From a virus, in IMG/VR virus record IMGVR_UViG_3300035180_002250, positions 32,001 through 96,000 of that record: a stretch of 64,000 nt of DNA. One strand, given 5' to 3'. Below, piece by piece: positions 19,801-30,400 of the stretch (positions within the stretch are counted from its first letter, which is position 1; every line of letters starts with the position of its first letter). The position numbers and the translations under genes were made by a program. The notes under the pieces were generated by a model that searched no databases, had not been told where the DNA came from, and was given only the letters and a program-made list of their open reading frames with translations.

Positions 19801-21035
19801 CCACCAAACGTTATGGTTAATGACCCAGCAGTCCTACCTGCAACCGTATATGTAATTTGATATACAGATCCAATCACCCCAGATAAAGTATTGGTGAGAT
19901 TAATAGTATTACCAGTCACATGAGTAAAGCCACTAACCCAATAACCTGTCCATCCTGTGGATACCCATCCAGAGGAAGAAAGTAGTTCGGTACCAAGTTG
20001 AGCTGATTCCAGCGTAGTAGTTGACATCTGAGTTAGTTGTGAAGAGGGACTCGTAGTACCAATACCAACATTCCCTTCCACAGCTAATCCATTCGTCTGG
20101 CCCTCTAACATAGCGTAAGTTGATCCAATCGTAACTGCTCCGGCTACACCGAGTTTACTTCCTGGGTAGGCTGTACCGAGACCGACATTACCTGTGTTAT
20201 AGTAAATGTTGGAACCAGAGGTTACCCATTGGCTACTGCTTCCACTGGCAGCTGTTGTCTGAGTTGTTCCGTCAGGAAATTTGAAACCCCCAGTCATAGA
20301 CTCAATAGTACCCACTACAGATAATTTTTGCCCAGGACTAATCGTTCCAATACCAACATTATTACTGAAAAACACATTTCCGTTTGCAAGAACATTACCA
20401 ACTGCTGAACCAGAAGAATTAACAAAAGACGTGATAGGCCATTGGATACTTGTAATCATTACAGAAGGCCATGTAACCGCCGAGTCCACTACACATGTGG
20501 TGCTATCCGTCCAGCTTTGAATGTAACGAGTCTGTCCGACAGCAGTCAACATCACTCCAAACACAGGAGAAGTTGAATCATACCCAGCCAACACAGCATC
20601 AGCAGCACTTGAAAAGGTCACAGTAGTAGAACCAGATGCCGAGACAGTACCTGCGAATCCAGAATTAATAACTGTTGAGCCTTTTGTTATTAATGAAGCT
20701 CTATCAATATATGTTTTTACTGCTTTTTGTGATGGAATCCTTAAGTCGGAATTTCCAGACAATTTTGTGTCTGTGTCAATCTTAGCTGTAAGTGTCGCAG
20801 GTGTGATGACAAGGCTGGAGTCTGCACCAATAATAGTTTCATCCCCTGTAGCCAGTTCTACTACTCCTGCACACGTAGTAGTAGCTGCTGATGTATTACT
20901 AATTGGGTATTCAGTCCCAGCATCATTCTTAACATAAATATGTCCATCAGTTTTGGGATAAAGACAGATTGTTCCGGAGGGAACTGTAATTGGAGCATCT
21001 CCTTTACCTATAATAATTTTACCGGCATCCGCCAT
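16857..21035 (-). CDS. Long tail fibre with three 322-aa repeats and a C-terminal S74-type chaperone
   Basis: GVVELAT, repeated GNVGIGT motifs, GYNNTAxG repeats, C-terminal SDERLKTDI. Confidence 0.88.
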   Translation of the reverse strand: MADAGKIIIGKGDAPITVPSGTICLYPKTDGHIYVKNDAGTEYPISNTSAATTTCAGVVELATGDETIIGADSSLVITPATLTAKIDTDTKLSGNSDLRIPSQKAVKTYIDRASLITKGSTVINSGFAGTVSASGSTTVTFSSAADAVLAGYDSTSPVFGVMLTAVGQTRYIQSWTDSTTCVVDSAVTWPSVMITSIQWPITSFVNSSGSAVGNVLANGNVFFSNNVGIGTISPGQKLSVVGTIESMTGGFKFPDGTTQTTAASGSSSQWVTSGSNIYYNTGNVGLGTAYPGSKLGVAGAVTIGSTYAMLEGQTNGLAVEGNVGIGTTSPSSQLTQMSTTTLESAQLGTELLSSSGWVSTGWTGYWVSGFTHVTGNTINLTNTLSGVIGSVYQITYTVAGRTAGSLTITFGGVTFSSITSSGSWGPKAISTGTLSITPTTDFDGTITISIKQIAGSYNPIYAITNSAGGNTFEIRSTSNALYNTFIGIGVGGYNTTGYNNTAKGVYALSSNTTGYNNSAQGVYALYSNTTGYNNLAQGANAGRYITGGSTPNQTSNNSVYLGYNTMALANGDTNEIVIGTGATGVGNNSVVLGNDSITKTILKGNVGLGTTSPGSNLGVVGAITIGSTYAGLNGPTNGLAVEGNVGIGTTSPSSQLTQKSTTTLESVQLSSELLTFSGWAYTGWAGSWPSGFTHMLNNTGSLTNTLSAVIGNIYYITYTVTGRTAGSFSVTFGGVTTSSVTSTGYWGNKAISTGTLSITPTTDFDGTIAMSIKQITGAYNPTYAITNSAGGNAFEIRSTGDALYNTFIGIRAGGYNILGYNNTAEGVYALSTNTLGYNNTAQGMQALYSNFTGYNNIAQGVNAGNYIFGGSTPNQTSNNSVYLGYNTMAYADGDTNEIVIGASTVGAGSNSVVLGNDSITKTILKGNVGLGTTSPGSNLGVVGAITIGSTYSGLPGPPNGLAVEGNVGIGTTLPSSQLTQRSTTTLESAPFSSELLTSSGWTYGSFFGGWPSGFTHLANYTGAVSNTLAAVVGNVYNLVYTVTNRTAGSFNLYFGGQVLNGIASSGSWIMKATTTGTLAMDPTINLTGTITISIKQITGSYNPIYAITNSAGGNTFEIRSTSNALYNTFIGIGVGGYNVTGYNNTAEGVYALYLNSIGYNNTAQGMNALYSIFSGYNNIAQGMNAGRYITGGSTPNQTSNNSVYLGYNTMALADGDTNEIVIGASATGVGSNSVVLGNDSITKTILKGYVGIGTTAPGYQLTLSSDSAAKPSTTTWTVSSDERLKTDISLANIDRCYEIVKGLPLKRFCWKEGVYTEDQVKDRHKLGWIAQDVQKVFSKSVSVKPFTVKLSDSTEQVIEDCLDLNVDQLYAVMYGAVQKLISMVEILQANQN
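17280..20190. repeat. Three tandem 966-bp repeats inside the tail fibre gene
   Basis: CTTTCAGAATAGTCTTTGTAATCGAATCATTCCCC at 17294, 18260 and 19226. Confidence 0.92.
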
Positions 21036-21038
21036 ATC

Positions 21039-21266
21039 TTACCTCACACAGAGAATAGATTCACTACCAAGAACAATCGTCCCAAAATTAAATAGCATTC
21101 CTGAAGCTATAGCGTATTCTTGCCTATCCCCAACAGTAACTGTTTCTCCAAGTTCAATTTTCCACTTAGGATAAGAACTTGCGGATGATTGCATGGGCAA
21201 AGAATCTGCACCTAACAATTCTTTTATTATGCCATCATAATTACATAGTGGACGCTTCTCAGCCAT
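21039..21266 (-). CDS. Small virion-associated protein
   Basis: Lies in the structural operon. Confidence 0.55.
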   Translation of the reverse strand: MAEKRPLCNYDGIIKELLGADSLPMQSSASSYPKWKIELGETVTVGDRQEYAIASGMLFNFGTIVLGSESILCVR

Positions 21267-21277
21267 ATTAATTATCC

Positions 21278-21877
21278 TTATGCCAAAACAATAGGAATTT
21301 CAGACTGAAAGTTCATAGCTGTAGTGCTAATAGCAAAGCCAACTCTTTGAACGACATTACCTGACCCGGTAGGAGCCGTAGAAGTAATACCTCCAGGAAT
21401 AGAGGCTGACAGATACAAAACACCAGGAGTCAGCCCAGTGCACTGAGCATTTGTTCCTTCAAAATAAACTGTAGCACTATTCCCGGCTGTCGCAGCGGCT
21501 AGAATAAACCCATGAGCTTCTTTTCCAGGAGTAGAAGCATCGGCTTTTCTGCATTTAGCAGTACCTGTAGAATTATAAATATTCACCAAGTCACCAGCTG
21601 CTAAATTCTCTGATGCTTCAACTAAAGCCGTATCGGCGCCAACTCCAGTTGGCATCATGGTACTGCTTATTTTCCCTGTTGCATCCAGAGACACAACTTT
21701 TCCAGCATCACTTGATCCACCTGATGAATCAGTAGAATTAACAATTGTAGTATCTAATACTCCATTAGTATTTAATGCTGGAATTTTCCCTGCGTCTACA
21801 TCACCAGCACTGCTTTGTACTGACTGTTCTTCCCTAATATACCCGCCAGATTGTTTCAAATATTTTTCTGATGCCAT
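21278..21877 (-). CDS. Virion structural protein (cement/fibre-like)
   Basis: ASENLAAGDLV...GLTPG.LYLS...VQRVG pattern; AGK-I/V repeats. Confidence 0.6.
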   Translation of the reverse strand: MASEKYLKQSGGYIREEQSVQSSAGDVDAGKIPALNTNGVLDTTIVNSTDSSGGSSDAGKVVSLDATGKISSTMMPTGVGADTALVEASENLAAGDLVNIYNSTGTAKCRKADASTPGKEAHGFILAAATAGNSATVYFEGTNAQCTGLTPGVLYLSASIPGGITSTAPTGSGNVVQRVGFAISTTAMNFQSEIPIVLA

Positions 21878-21885
21878 GTTTCCCC

Positions 21886-22374
21886 CTAATTTCCTAGTAT
21901 AATTGGTTCCCCTATATCAACGATCATTGTATTTGAATTAATTGGAAATCCTAGAACAACGATTGACCCATTTTGTGGTAACACTTGAGTCAATGTCCCG
22001 TTCTCCCCTAGATAAATCAACCTAGTTATATCCCATACCCAGGATGGTTCTTCGATTTCACCATCTTTGATCACTTTGATCTGACCACCCTCCACAGCCG
22101 CCGTAACAGATATCCCAATAATTCTTTTTAAGCATTGCAAATTCATTCTGTCTGCATAAACGGCTTCCCCATTTTCATCAATTGATATTACTCTATGCCC
22201 ACTTATTGGTCTAGAAACAGGTACCCAGAATCCCACACCACCAGGAGACCCCGGTGGCCCAATATCTTTAGATACTACGATTTGCACTGGCTGTTGCGTA
22301 GTATCTAAAAAAGTATCAATCTGTGGAGTTACTGAAATTATATGGTCTATTTTAGTATAAATTATATCAGTCAC
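21886..22374 (-). CDS. Virion structural protein (related fold to 21278-21877)
   Basis: ISGHRV...GEIEEPSWVW...IYLGENGTLTQ. Confidence 0.6.
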   Translation of the reverse strand: MTDIIYTKIDHIISVTPQIDTFLDTTQQPVQIVVSKDIGPPGSPGGVGFWVPVSRPISGHRVISIDENGEAVYADRMNLQCLKRIIGISVTAAVEGGQIKVIKDGEIEEPSWVWDITRLIYLGENGTLTQVLPQNGSIVVLGFPINSNTMIVDIGEPIILGN

Positions 22375-22778
22375 TGTATTACTCGTGTAACGGCGGCTAT
22401 AATATTTGCTGTTCCATACTGTTTAAGTACTGTTTCACCAAAAGAATTCATTAAGAATAAATCATATACTCCTATAATGTCTTTAAAACCTACACATAGC
22501 CCCAATGTGTCATTATCTCTTATATATACTCTATAAAAACCATTACTAGGGTTTGTTATATAAATTCCTGTTGCTAAATCTGGTGTAAAAGTTCCTGGTA
22601 TATATAAAATATTTAATAAAGATCCTGTATCTGTAATTTTCTTTTTTACAGACATCCTTGCTGAGTACCCTGTCAAATCGACAGCGACAGCTGGATCTCC
22701 TGTTTTCCATTGGTATGTTTGGTCAAACGTACCACCTTCATAGATCGTAATATCAATATTGGCAGCTACACATCCCAC
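22371..22778 (-). CDS. Baseplate/adaptor-like Ig-fold protein
   Basis: ITIYEGGTF...VDLTGYSARM...GVYDL. Confidence 0.55.
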   Translation of the reverse strand: MGCVAANIDITIYEGGTFDQTYQWKTGDPAVAVDLTGYSARMSVKKKITDTGSLLNILYIPGTFTPDLATGIYITNPSNGFYRVYIRDNDTLGLCVGFKDIIGVYDLFLMNSFGETVLKQYGTANIIAAVTRVIQ

Positions 22779-22906
22779 ATACCACCTCTACAATTTATGC
22801 AATTTATTTAAGGTTAATAAGGTATTTTTTACAATAAATTTAATACAATCAATTATATACCACTTTAGCCAATACCAAGACCTAACTTATATATATATAT
22901 ATAAAA

Positions 22907-22955
22907 TTCGCCTTATACCCACATGTCTAAAAGTATGGGTTTACGGCGTTTTTGG
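22907..22955 (-). mobile_element. Solo IS200/IS605 left-end-like remnant
   Basis: TTCGCCTTATA...ACATGTCTAAA...GGGTTTACGG.GTTT matches 13254-13305. Confidence 0.7.
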
Positions 22956-23050
22956 TAATGTTAATAATGTTATCACTAATTGAATATGCTATTAATATAT
23001 ATATTAAATAATGAGTAATTTACTTAACATTTTTAATGTAGATTAAACTG

Positions 23051-24334
23051 CTATATGTAGTACTTTTTAATGCGTGTAACCATCTCAAACACAAATCCAC
23101 TACATGTAACATAGTTAATCCAAGTGCTCCAAAATTTACTGGTTGTAAAAACAGAATCATTGCTTAAACATGGTATAATTTTGTTACAGGTAGCCAACGT
23201 AAGCACTTTGTTCTCTTTTTTGCAGTTATCAACAATAGTGATTAGTGTCTCAATTTTTTTTATATCACTATCCTTGGTACAATTTTTTAAAGCGTAGGTT
23301 AGATGCTCAATAAGCTCTTCAAAACGGTCTACACTCAATTCTGGTGAGTAGTATCTATTTTCAGTTATAATTTTTCCAATTCTTATGTTATTCAACTCTG
23401 TTTGTTTTTCACGATGCTCTAATATTATATTATTCTGTAACTCTTTTACCCCTGATTTAGAAAAGAACAAAAAGTATTTTAAATTACCAGTGTTTGTTTT
23501 CTTTACAAATTTAATATTGCAGTCAATACCACAATTTATACAAAGTAATTTAAACGCAGCTAAAAAATTATAGTTTATGGAATATAGCTTACACACTGGA
23601 AATTTGTTATTATTGGTATTAGAATAGATAATGCCATCAATATCTAAAATTCCAGAAATATAACCATATAAAAACTCTAATGGTGGTGTAGAGGTAGAAT
23701 CATTAGTTACACACAAGTCTAAAATATTTGATGTATTATCAATATGTTTAGTAGAAATAAAACTTCGCACTTTTGGTGCATTATGCACAGACAATATTTT
23801 GTTATCAATATACTCGAATGTGACTGAATTTCCATCGATATTTTTGATATATTGTTTTATTTTTTCAAGTAAAATTTCGTTTTTAGTTGTTATGTTAAAA
23901 GAAACACGGTCCCCATCGTTGATAAATTTTTTAGGTACCCAAAATGTAGTTGCACATACTCCAGACAACCATCCTAATTCCCTATTAAGGGTATATTCAA
24001 AATTGACATCGATTAGTTTACCATCTTTTTCAGGGGTAGTTGTTGATATAGCGTAATTATTTTCTTTTAATGTGTTATTATTATTTTTATATAATCCATA
24101 GTAACCGATAAACTTTGGTACAACCATTTTATAGGTTGGTTTAACTCGTACTTCTTCCAAATCTTCATTCAATGTGTTAATAAGAAATTGATCATCCTGG
24201 GTATAGTAGTACGCGGTTCCGGTATTGGTTTCAACTTCGGTAAGATACTTTTTTGATTTGTCTCTGTTACAACTATGATTTTGTAAATAAACGTACATTT
24301 TTATTTCCCCTTTCGATGATTTCATATTGTTCAA
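23051..24334 (-). CDS. Free-standing intein-derived LAGLIDADG-like protein
   Basis: ELGWLSG and YISGILDIDG motifs; collinear similarity to the adjacent RNAP intein, without splice termini. Confidence 0.7.
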   Translation of the reverse strand: MNNMKSSKGEIKMYVYLQNHSCNRDKSKKYLTEVETNTGTAYYYTQDDQFLINTLNEDLEEVRVKPTYKMVVPKFIGYYGLYKNNNNTLKENNYAISTTTPEKDGKLIDVNFEYTLNRELGWLSGVCATTFWVPKKFINDGDRVSFNITTKNEILLEKIKQYIKNIDGNSVTFEYIDNKILSVHNAPKVRSFISTKHIDNTSNILDLCVTNDSTSTPPLEFLYGYISGILDIDGIIYSNTNNNKFPVCKLYSINYNFLAAFKLLCINCGIDCNIKFVKKTNTGNLKYFLFFSKSGVKELQNNIILEHREKQTELNNIRIGKIITENRYYSPELSVDRFEELIEHLTYALKNCTKDSDIKKIETLITIVDNCKKENKVLTLATCNKIIPCLSNDSVFTTSKFWSTWINYVTCSGFVFEMVTRIKKYYI

Positions 24335-24429
24335 CTGAGTAATAAGGGTTGCAACGGTACTTAACTAAGGTTAAGGTATAGTACCTAAATTAATTAACAT
24401 ATTTAATTATGCCCAGTATAATTAAAAGG

Positions 24430-27400
24430 TTAACTACCTATTTGCACAAAGTCGGTTAATTTTAATTTACCTGCGTAGTAATCTTTCCAAGCATCTATAT
24501 CGTTGGTGTAGTGTTTGACATCTTTATTTGTACCAGCAGTACTTCCCACATTCTTTGTACCCATATATAGCCCAACTACCGCCTCGCCTTTCGGGAACTG
24601 CAATATACTTCCTATTTTTTTATCGGAAAAAACTTGCTTTGAAGGAACAATATTCTTGGCGTCTTCAACAGCACCTTTTGTTACAGGCACATGTACGGTT
24701 TCGGTGTCCCATACAACAAGGCCAGACTCAGTTACCATCGTATATGCAGGTGGAATAGTAAGATCATATGCAGTTGTTATCTCAGGAATAGGGCGGATAT
24801 TGGTAATAACATCCCATTCGATGCTAGCATCCATCACCATGTAAGCCCATTTCTCCCAAAACTTGATATCACTTTGAAAGACCCCAGCTTTAATCAGAGT
24901 TACAATATTTTTTGCAGTTTCCAGTGGGAGTACACCGTCAGTTTTCATTGTTTTTGCAACAACTACCTGAATCGACTTCAATTGCTTCTGCGTGTCACCT
25001 GTAATTTCAATGCCACACATCGTCAAATGCTTTATAGTCAGATTATCAGTGATCTCCTGCATCCGTGTTTTACTCAGTTTAGGAACATACCTATCCTGTT
25101 TCAGGTTATTATCATCAATCACTGCCCTGGAGAGCTTTTCAACCTTTTGCGAGTGGTACAGAACGATCTCCGATTGAATTTTGGCAACCGTTTCCGTACT
25201 AAATACAACAGACCAGGAGGTACCCCCTTCATCAGTTACCTTAGAAAACTTTGCTGTAGCCGACATCCCCAAACTGTTACAAAGTGAAACGATTTCAAAA
25301 GCCAACCTCTTTGATATGGTAAAATATTGGACACAACATTGCGTCTTATTTTTACTTTTGGCTTTAACATCAGACATAGATACAGTACCGTTGGAATCAA
25401 TCAACCCAGCCAACATTCCCTTACGATACTCTACAGGTGATTCTAACCAAAACTCAGGAAGATGCTTGTTACCTGCATCCTGGCCGATACTTTTCTTAAA
25501 AAAATCATTATTACCCTCAAATAGTGAATTCATAATCCTTATTATATTATTTCTAAATTGAACGTCACGTTCCGTAATACATAATTGCAAAGTGGAAGTA
25601 TCATTATCATTATTAGCACCAGTGGACCAACCATCACCACAGAAAGCCCCTGTAAGCCACCCAAAGTCATAACTCAGTGGTATTTCCGTGATTGATTGGT
25701 ACTTGTCGTAATCAGTATTAGTAAATTTTATTGAGTTGATTCTACCCCCAGGTACCTCCAGTTTTACTTTAGGTACAACTAGACCTACTGCAGGTACAGC
25801 TTTTACATAGTTCAAATCATCATCGACCGTAACCAAGCTGTGATCCATCGAGCATAATACGGTTCTTTTTGTATTAGTTAAGCATTCCACCATCTTCAAG
25901 TTTTTATGAATGGAAAATTCTTTAACTGGTAACCACTTGATTTCACCATTGTTAACAGTTAAAACTTCCACACCTTCCGGAACAGCATATTTTTCTTTGT
26001 TACCCGATATTTCCCTGCTCTCCTCGATTCTCGGAAAGTCCTCCAAATTAATTAATCCATGCATGTACTGAATTTTACTGTTTTCATTATTGAAGTTAAG
26101 TAAGAAATTATTAATATTATTATTATTTATTTTTTTCCGATAGTAGACTGAATTAATTAGAGAATCTCCATCATAATCCGCATTGCTACTAGTCTCCCAC
26201 AGTGTATTTACCTTTAACGTCTTTCCATCACGTAAAACAGGGTATGCAGCAAATATACTATGCCGCCACAGCGTAGGCGCTCTATTAACTAATACAGGAC
26301 GTTCCTTGAGTTCTTGGTCAAGTATTTTCTTGGCCATTGGACTTCGCGCCTCAACCTCTTTCTTAGCCTCTAAAATAGTTTTACCCATACTAGTAAGTTG
26401 TTTCAGAATAAACGGTGTATACAAAGTCCAAGCCATGTCCAACGGCATTCCAATTTGGTCCAAACCTAGGGTGTTGTCTGGAGCAATCGTAGCTCGGCCA
26501 GTAAGATTCATTTTAGAGTAAATAATCTTATGCTGGAAAAAACCTTCCTTCGGAATATTCCCGGAAATATAGGATAACGCCCCTTTTACCCCACGGTTAC
26601 GTAGCATTGGATTTTCAGGGTCCATTGTACCAGCAAGTTCAGAAACCCGTTTGTACAAGTTGTGCCGCATTTGGTCCAAACCATAGTCCAGTCCTTCTTG
26701 CTTGTACTTCTTCAAAACATCGTTCTGATTTATTAAATCTCGGTATAACAGATTGGAGTCACTAACGATCTTTTCACCTGTATCTGAAATAATAAAAGGT
26801 CTGAGTGCCGGTGGGGTTACTGAAATGTACTGTTTCATGTATGCATCACCAGCCTTCAATCCATTTTCTTTCAAAGCAGACAGGTATTTTAATTTTTTAA
26901 CCTGAGTGTCTAACGCTGTTCCACTGAGTTTTACATTGTTTATCTGACTTTTCGTTGCTTCAATCTCTTTATCAATGTCAATGGAATTCAACTTATTTTT
27001 TAACGCCTCACCACCTTCTTTTACGTAAGTATCAACAACGTTTTGCTTGGTTCCACCGAGTAAAACTCGGATGGCATTTTCAAATACTGGGTTGATAACT
27101 GGTTCAGCCAGTTGAATATGCCCCCACTTGGTACCCTTTACTCCACCAAGAATACGTTTATCATAAAGCCCACCATTTTCAGGTTCGTACTTGGGGCCAA
27201 TCTGCTTGCCGTTCACAATCTCACCAGAGCTTAAATGCAGTGTGTCATTATCTGTCAGTGGACCCAGTTTCAATACGTTACTATCTTTAGTTACGTTGAT
27301 TCCTGCTTGTTTCAGGATATCCACAAACTTCGTGAATACCTTCTTTTCCTTCGGTATCTCAGGGTTCATTCCGTTTTGAAAAGCTCTCCAGTACTCTATA

Positions 27401-30400
27401 TTCTTGCTGCTCTTCACTAAATTGTTTTCCAGCATTGTGTTGCGCATGTTATGCCCAATCAGGGCATTCACCTCCATACCCCCCATACCTTTGGGTCCGG
27501 TTTCCCCACTACCTGCAGGGGCCTCATCAGTGTCATAGGCACCGTCAATGTTCCTAGCTGCATAATTAGAATCAGTTGTTTTAGCTAGTTTATGAATATG
27601 CTGTACACCGGTGAAAATGCCCTTGACTTCCTTCCCTGTTATTGGGTCCACGATTGTCTCGTAGGGGCTTACACCATGCTTAGCCATCTCCTGTTTTACG
27701 AAGTCCACACCGGAAGATACGCTGAAATTTTTTAATTCATATGTTTTACCAGTCTTCTTAGCAACCTTACCCAATGCACTATCCAGAATCTGCGCAGGAT
27801 TAATTCTACCAATTACCCCGACTGGGGTGAACAAAGCATCAATCTTTTCACCTTCCTTGGTATGCACCATATCCTCGTCTGGAATAATCTTGGTGATAAC
27901 CCCTTTATTCCCCCAGCTACCAGCAAGTTTATCACCGATAGTTGCTGGTCGTTCAGACTGAAATAAAATGGTTATCACATTACCATGGTGTAACACTTCA
28001 ATAACTGTTGCCGGATGGTCGTCATGGTATGTTTCACTGACATCCGTATATTTATGGACCAGACTTTTATGTATTGAACTAAGCACCTTATTTTTTATAC
28101 TGGATTCATTATTTTTTAATAAAAGTACATACGGATCACCGTGAGTAACAACAGAACCAACTTTAATAACCCCTGTATCCGATAATTTATTCAATTGTTC
28201 CTTGGAATATGCAGTTGGAAATTCTGAAATAAATTTATGCTTGTCCAGTAATAATGTTTTATCAAGCGTTACGGATTTTTTAACAACGTATTCTGATGTA
28301 AGCTTGTTCGCTGCAGATTGAGATAATACGACACCATCTTCGTGGTTTTGACCATGGTAGGGCATGTAAGCGATATGCAAATTTTTACCTAATGCAAGTT
28401 CTCCTTTATCGTCGGTAAAATTTGATGTAGCGACAATATCACCTTCATTAACATGATCCCCTTGTTTAACTTTGATGTAATTGTGTAACATTGTTTTGGT
28501 GGCAAGAGGGTAGTTTTTGATATATTCTACTTTTTGAATATCTTTTTTATTTTTATCACTGGTAATATAAATAAAGTTTTCATCAATTTTGCTGATAGTA
28601 CCTGAAACTGGTGCATGCACAGTAACCATTGATCCAATAATTTTAGACAAAGTAGTAACTCCAGAGGAATCACTATTCTTATTAGAAGCTAATGGTAGTG
28701 CAGCTTTAACATATCTGGTGTCAGGATTAACCAGTGGCAAAGCTTGTTGAAAATGCTTGTCCCCCATTAACAATCTATTACCCTGACTGTTGCTTAAAAA
28801 AGGAATATTATTGGTTGTTAACGTATGTAAATGTTCTGGAGATGGAACTATATAATCCAAATCTTTCAATTTGATTTTAATCAGTTTGCCTTCTTTTATT
28901 GCTGGTACTATAGTCTCACCGAACTTTTGATCACTACCTGATAAATATTTCTCAATATCCGTATAATAACTTTGTGGAAATCCTACTGTGTTATGGTATG
29001 TATCAATGACTGACTTAACTTCGTCCTTATTCGTTTTCATATTATGCAAAATACGGGAAGGTTCATTGGTACTATCTTTAAACGCAAATAGGGCGAATCT
29101 ATTATCAATGCCTGTTTTATTACTTTCTGGCGTAGCTATTGGGTCGATTACTCCCATGTATGAATTATGTATCGACCGAGAATCCATCGGAATCGCACGT
29201 TCATTGGTAATAGCCCCCTCCCCCAACCTCGTAACGATCATCGCTTGATCCAGCATCTCCATAGGATTGATCTGAGTTGGAAGCCTGCTAATATCACTTG
29301 TCGTAATAAAATTCTTAATCGGCTTTGTAAAATACCCTGGATTAAAAATATTTTTTAATTCAGCAGTAGCACCATTCGGATTTTTAGAAGCTTCTTCAGG
29401 ATTGAATGAATCCAGTTTATATTTAATTTTGGTAATCTCAGAATTATTTTTATCCAGAACTTCTTTCATGATATCTTCAACAGTGTAAATTTTCTGGAAT
29501 TCCAGATTGTCTCGTTCATCAGGAGCAGTTTTCTGGTTGTATACACCGATAATTTTCTTGGTGGCATCTAAAAGGATATTATAATCGATATGTGAGTATG
29601 CATTTCCAAGTGTTATACTTGTTGTTTTTGGATCGATTGCTGTATGGTTTGCAAAATAATCCTGTATTTTTTTAATCTTCTCTTCTTTGCTTAGTGTTTT
29701 GGATATGATTGTATCAGGTGATTCCACACTGGAACTGTCTGAATCTACATCTACATTTACATCTATAGAGTCTTTACGCTCATTCTTATACTCAACCAAC
29801 TTTGAATATAAAATATCAATTGTTTTATTCATCATGTTTGCAGAAACATTCTTGTTCACCATGAACAAGTCTTTACCCATTTTCGCTTCTATAACAGAGT
29901 CAGGAGCACCTAACACATGCAGCAATGCGTATAAAGGCAGTGTTGAATGAAGTATGTCTACGCTAAAAATACCTTTGGCCGGGTCCAATAAAATTTTGAA
30001 ATTTGCACCTACGGATAAATTGAAAGAACTCTCAATTGTGTTGTTCCCACGAATTCGTGTGTAGCATCCAGGCTTGGTTCTTAATTGACTAACAATGAAA
30101 TATTCGTTACCATCGATGATAAAAGTATACCTATTGGTAAATAAAGGTATACCGGCAATTCTATGGTGCTTCAATTGCCCGACAATCTGTTTTGTTTTGT
30201 TATCAATAATATCTATATCTGCATATACTTTGTCATAAACTGTGCCTTTAGACAGAATAACCCGCTTTTGGTCATTCTGAGTAAGTTCGGTTTTCTTAAT
30301 AGAAATATCTTTTAAAACAGCAGTATATTTATTACTTACAATAGGAAACTTGCCAGATATTCCTTCTATAATTTTAGTGTAAATACTATTCTTTAACGAT

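Noticed and set aside
22887-22903. (TA)n microsatellite
   Set aside because: Short run in an AT-rich intergenic region with no evidence of function
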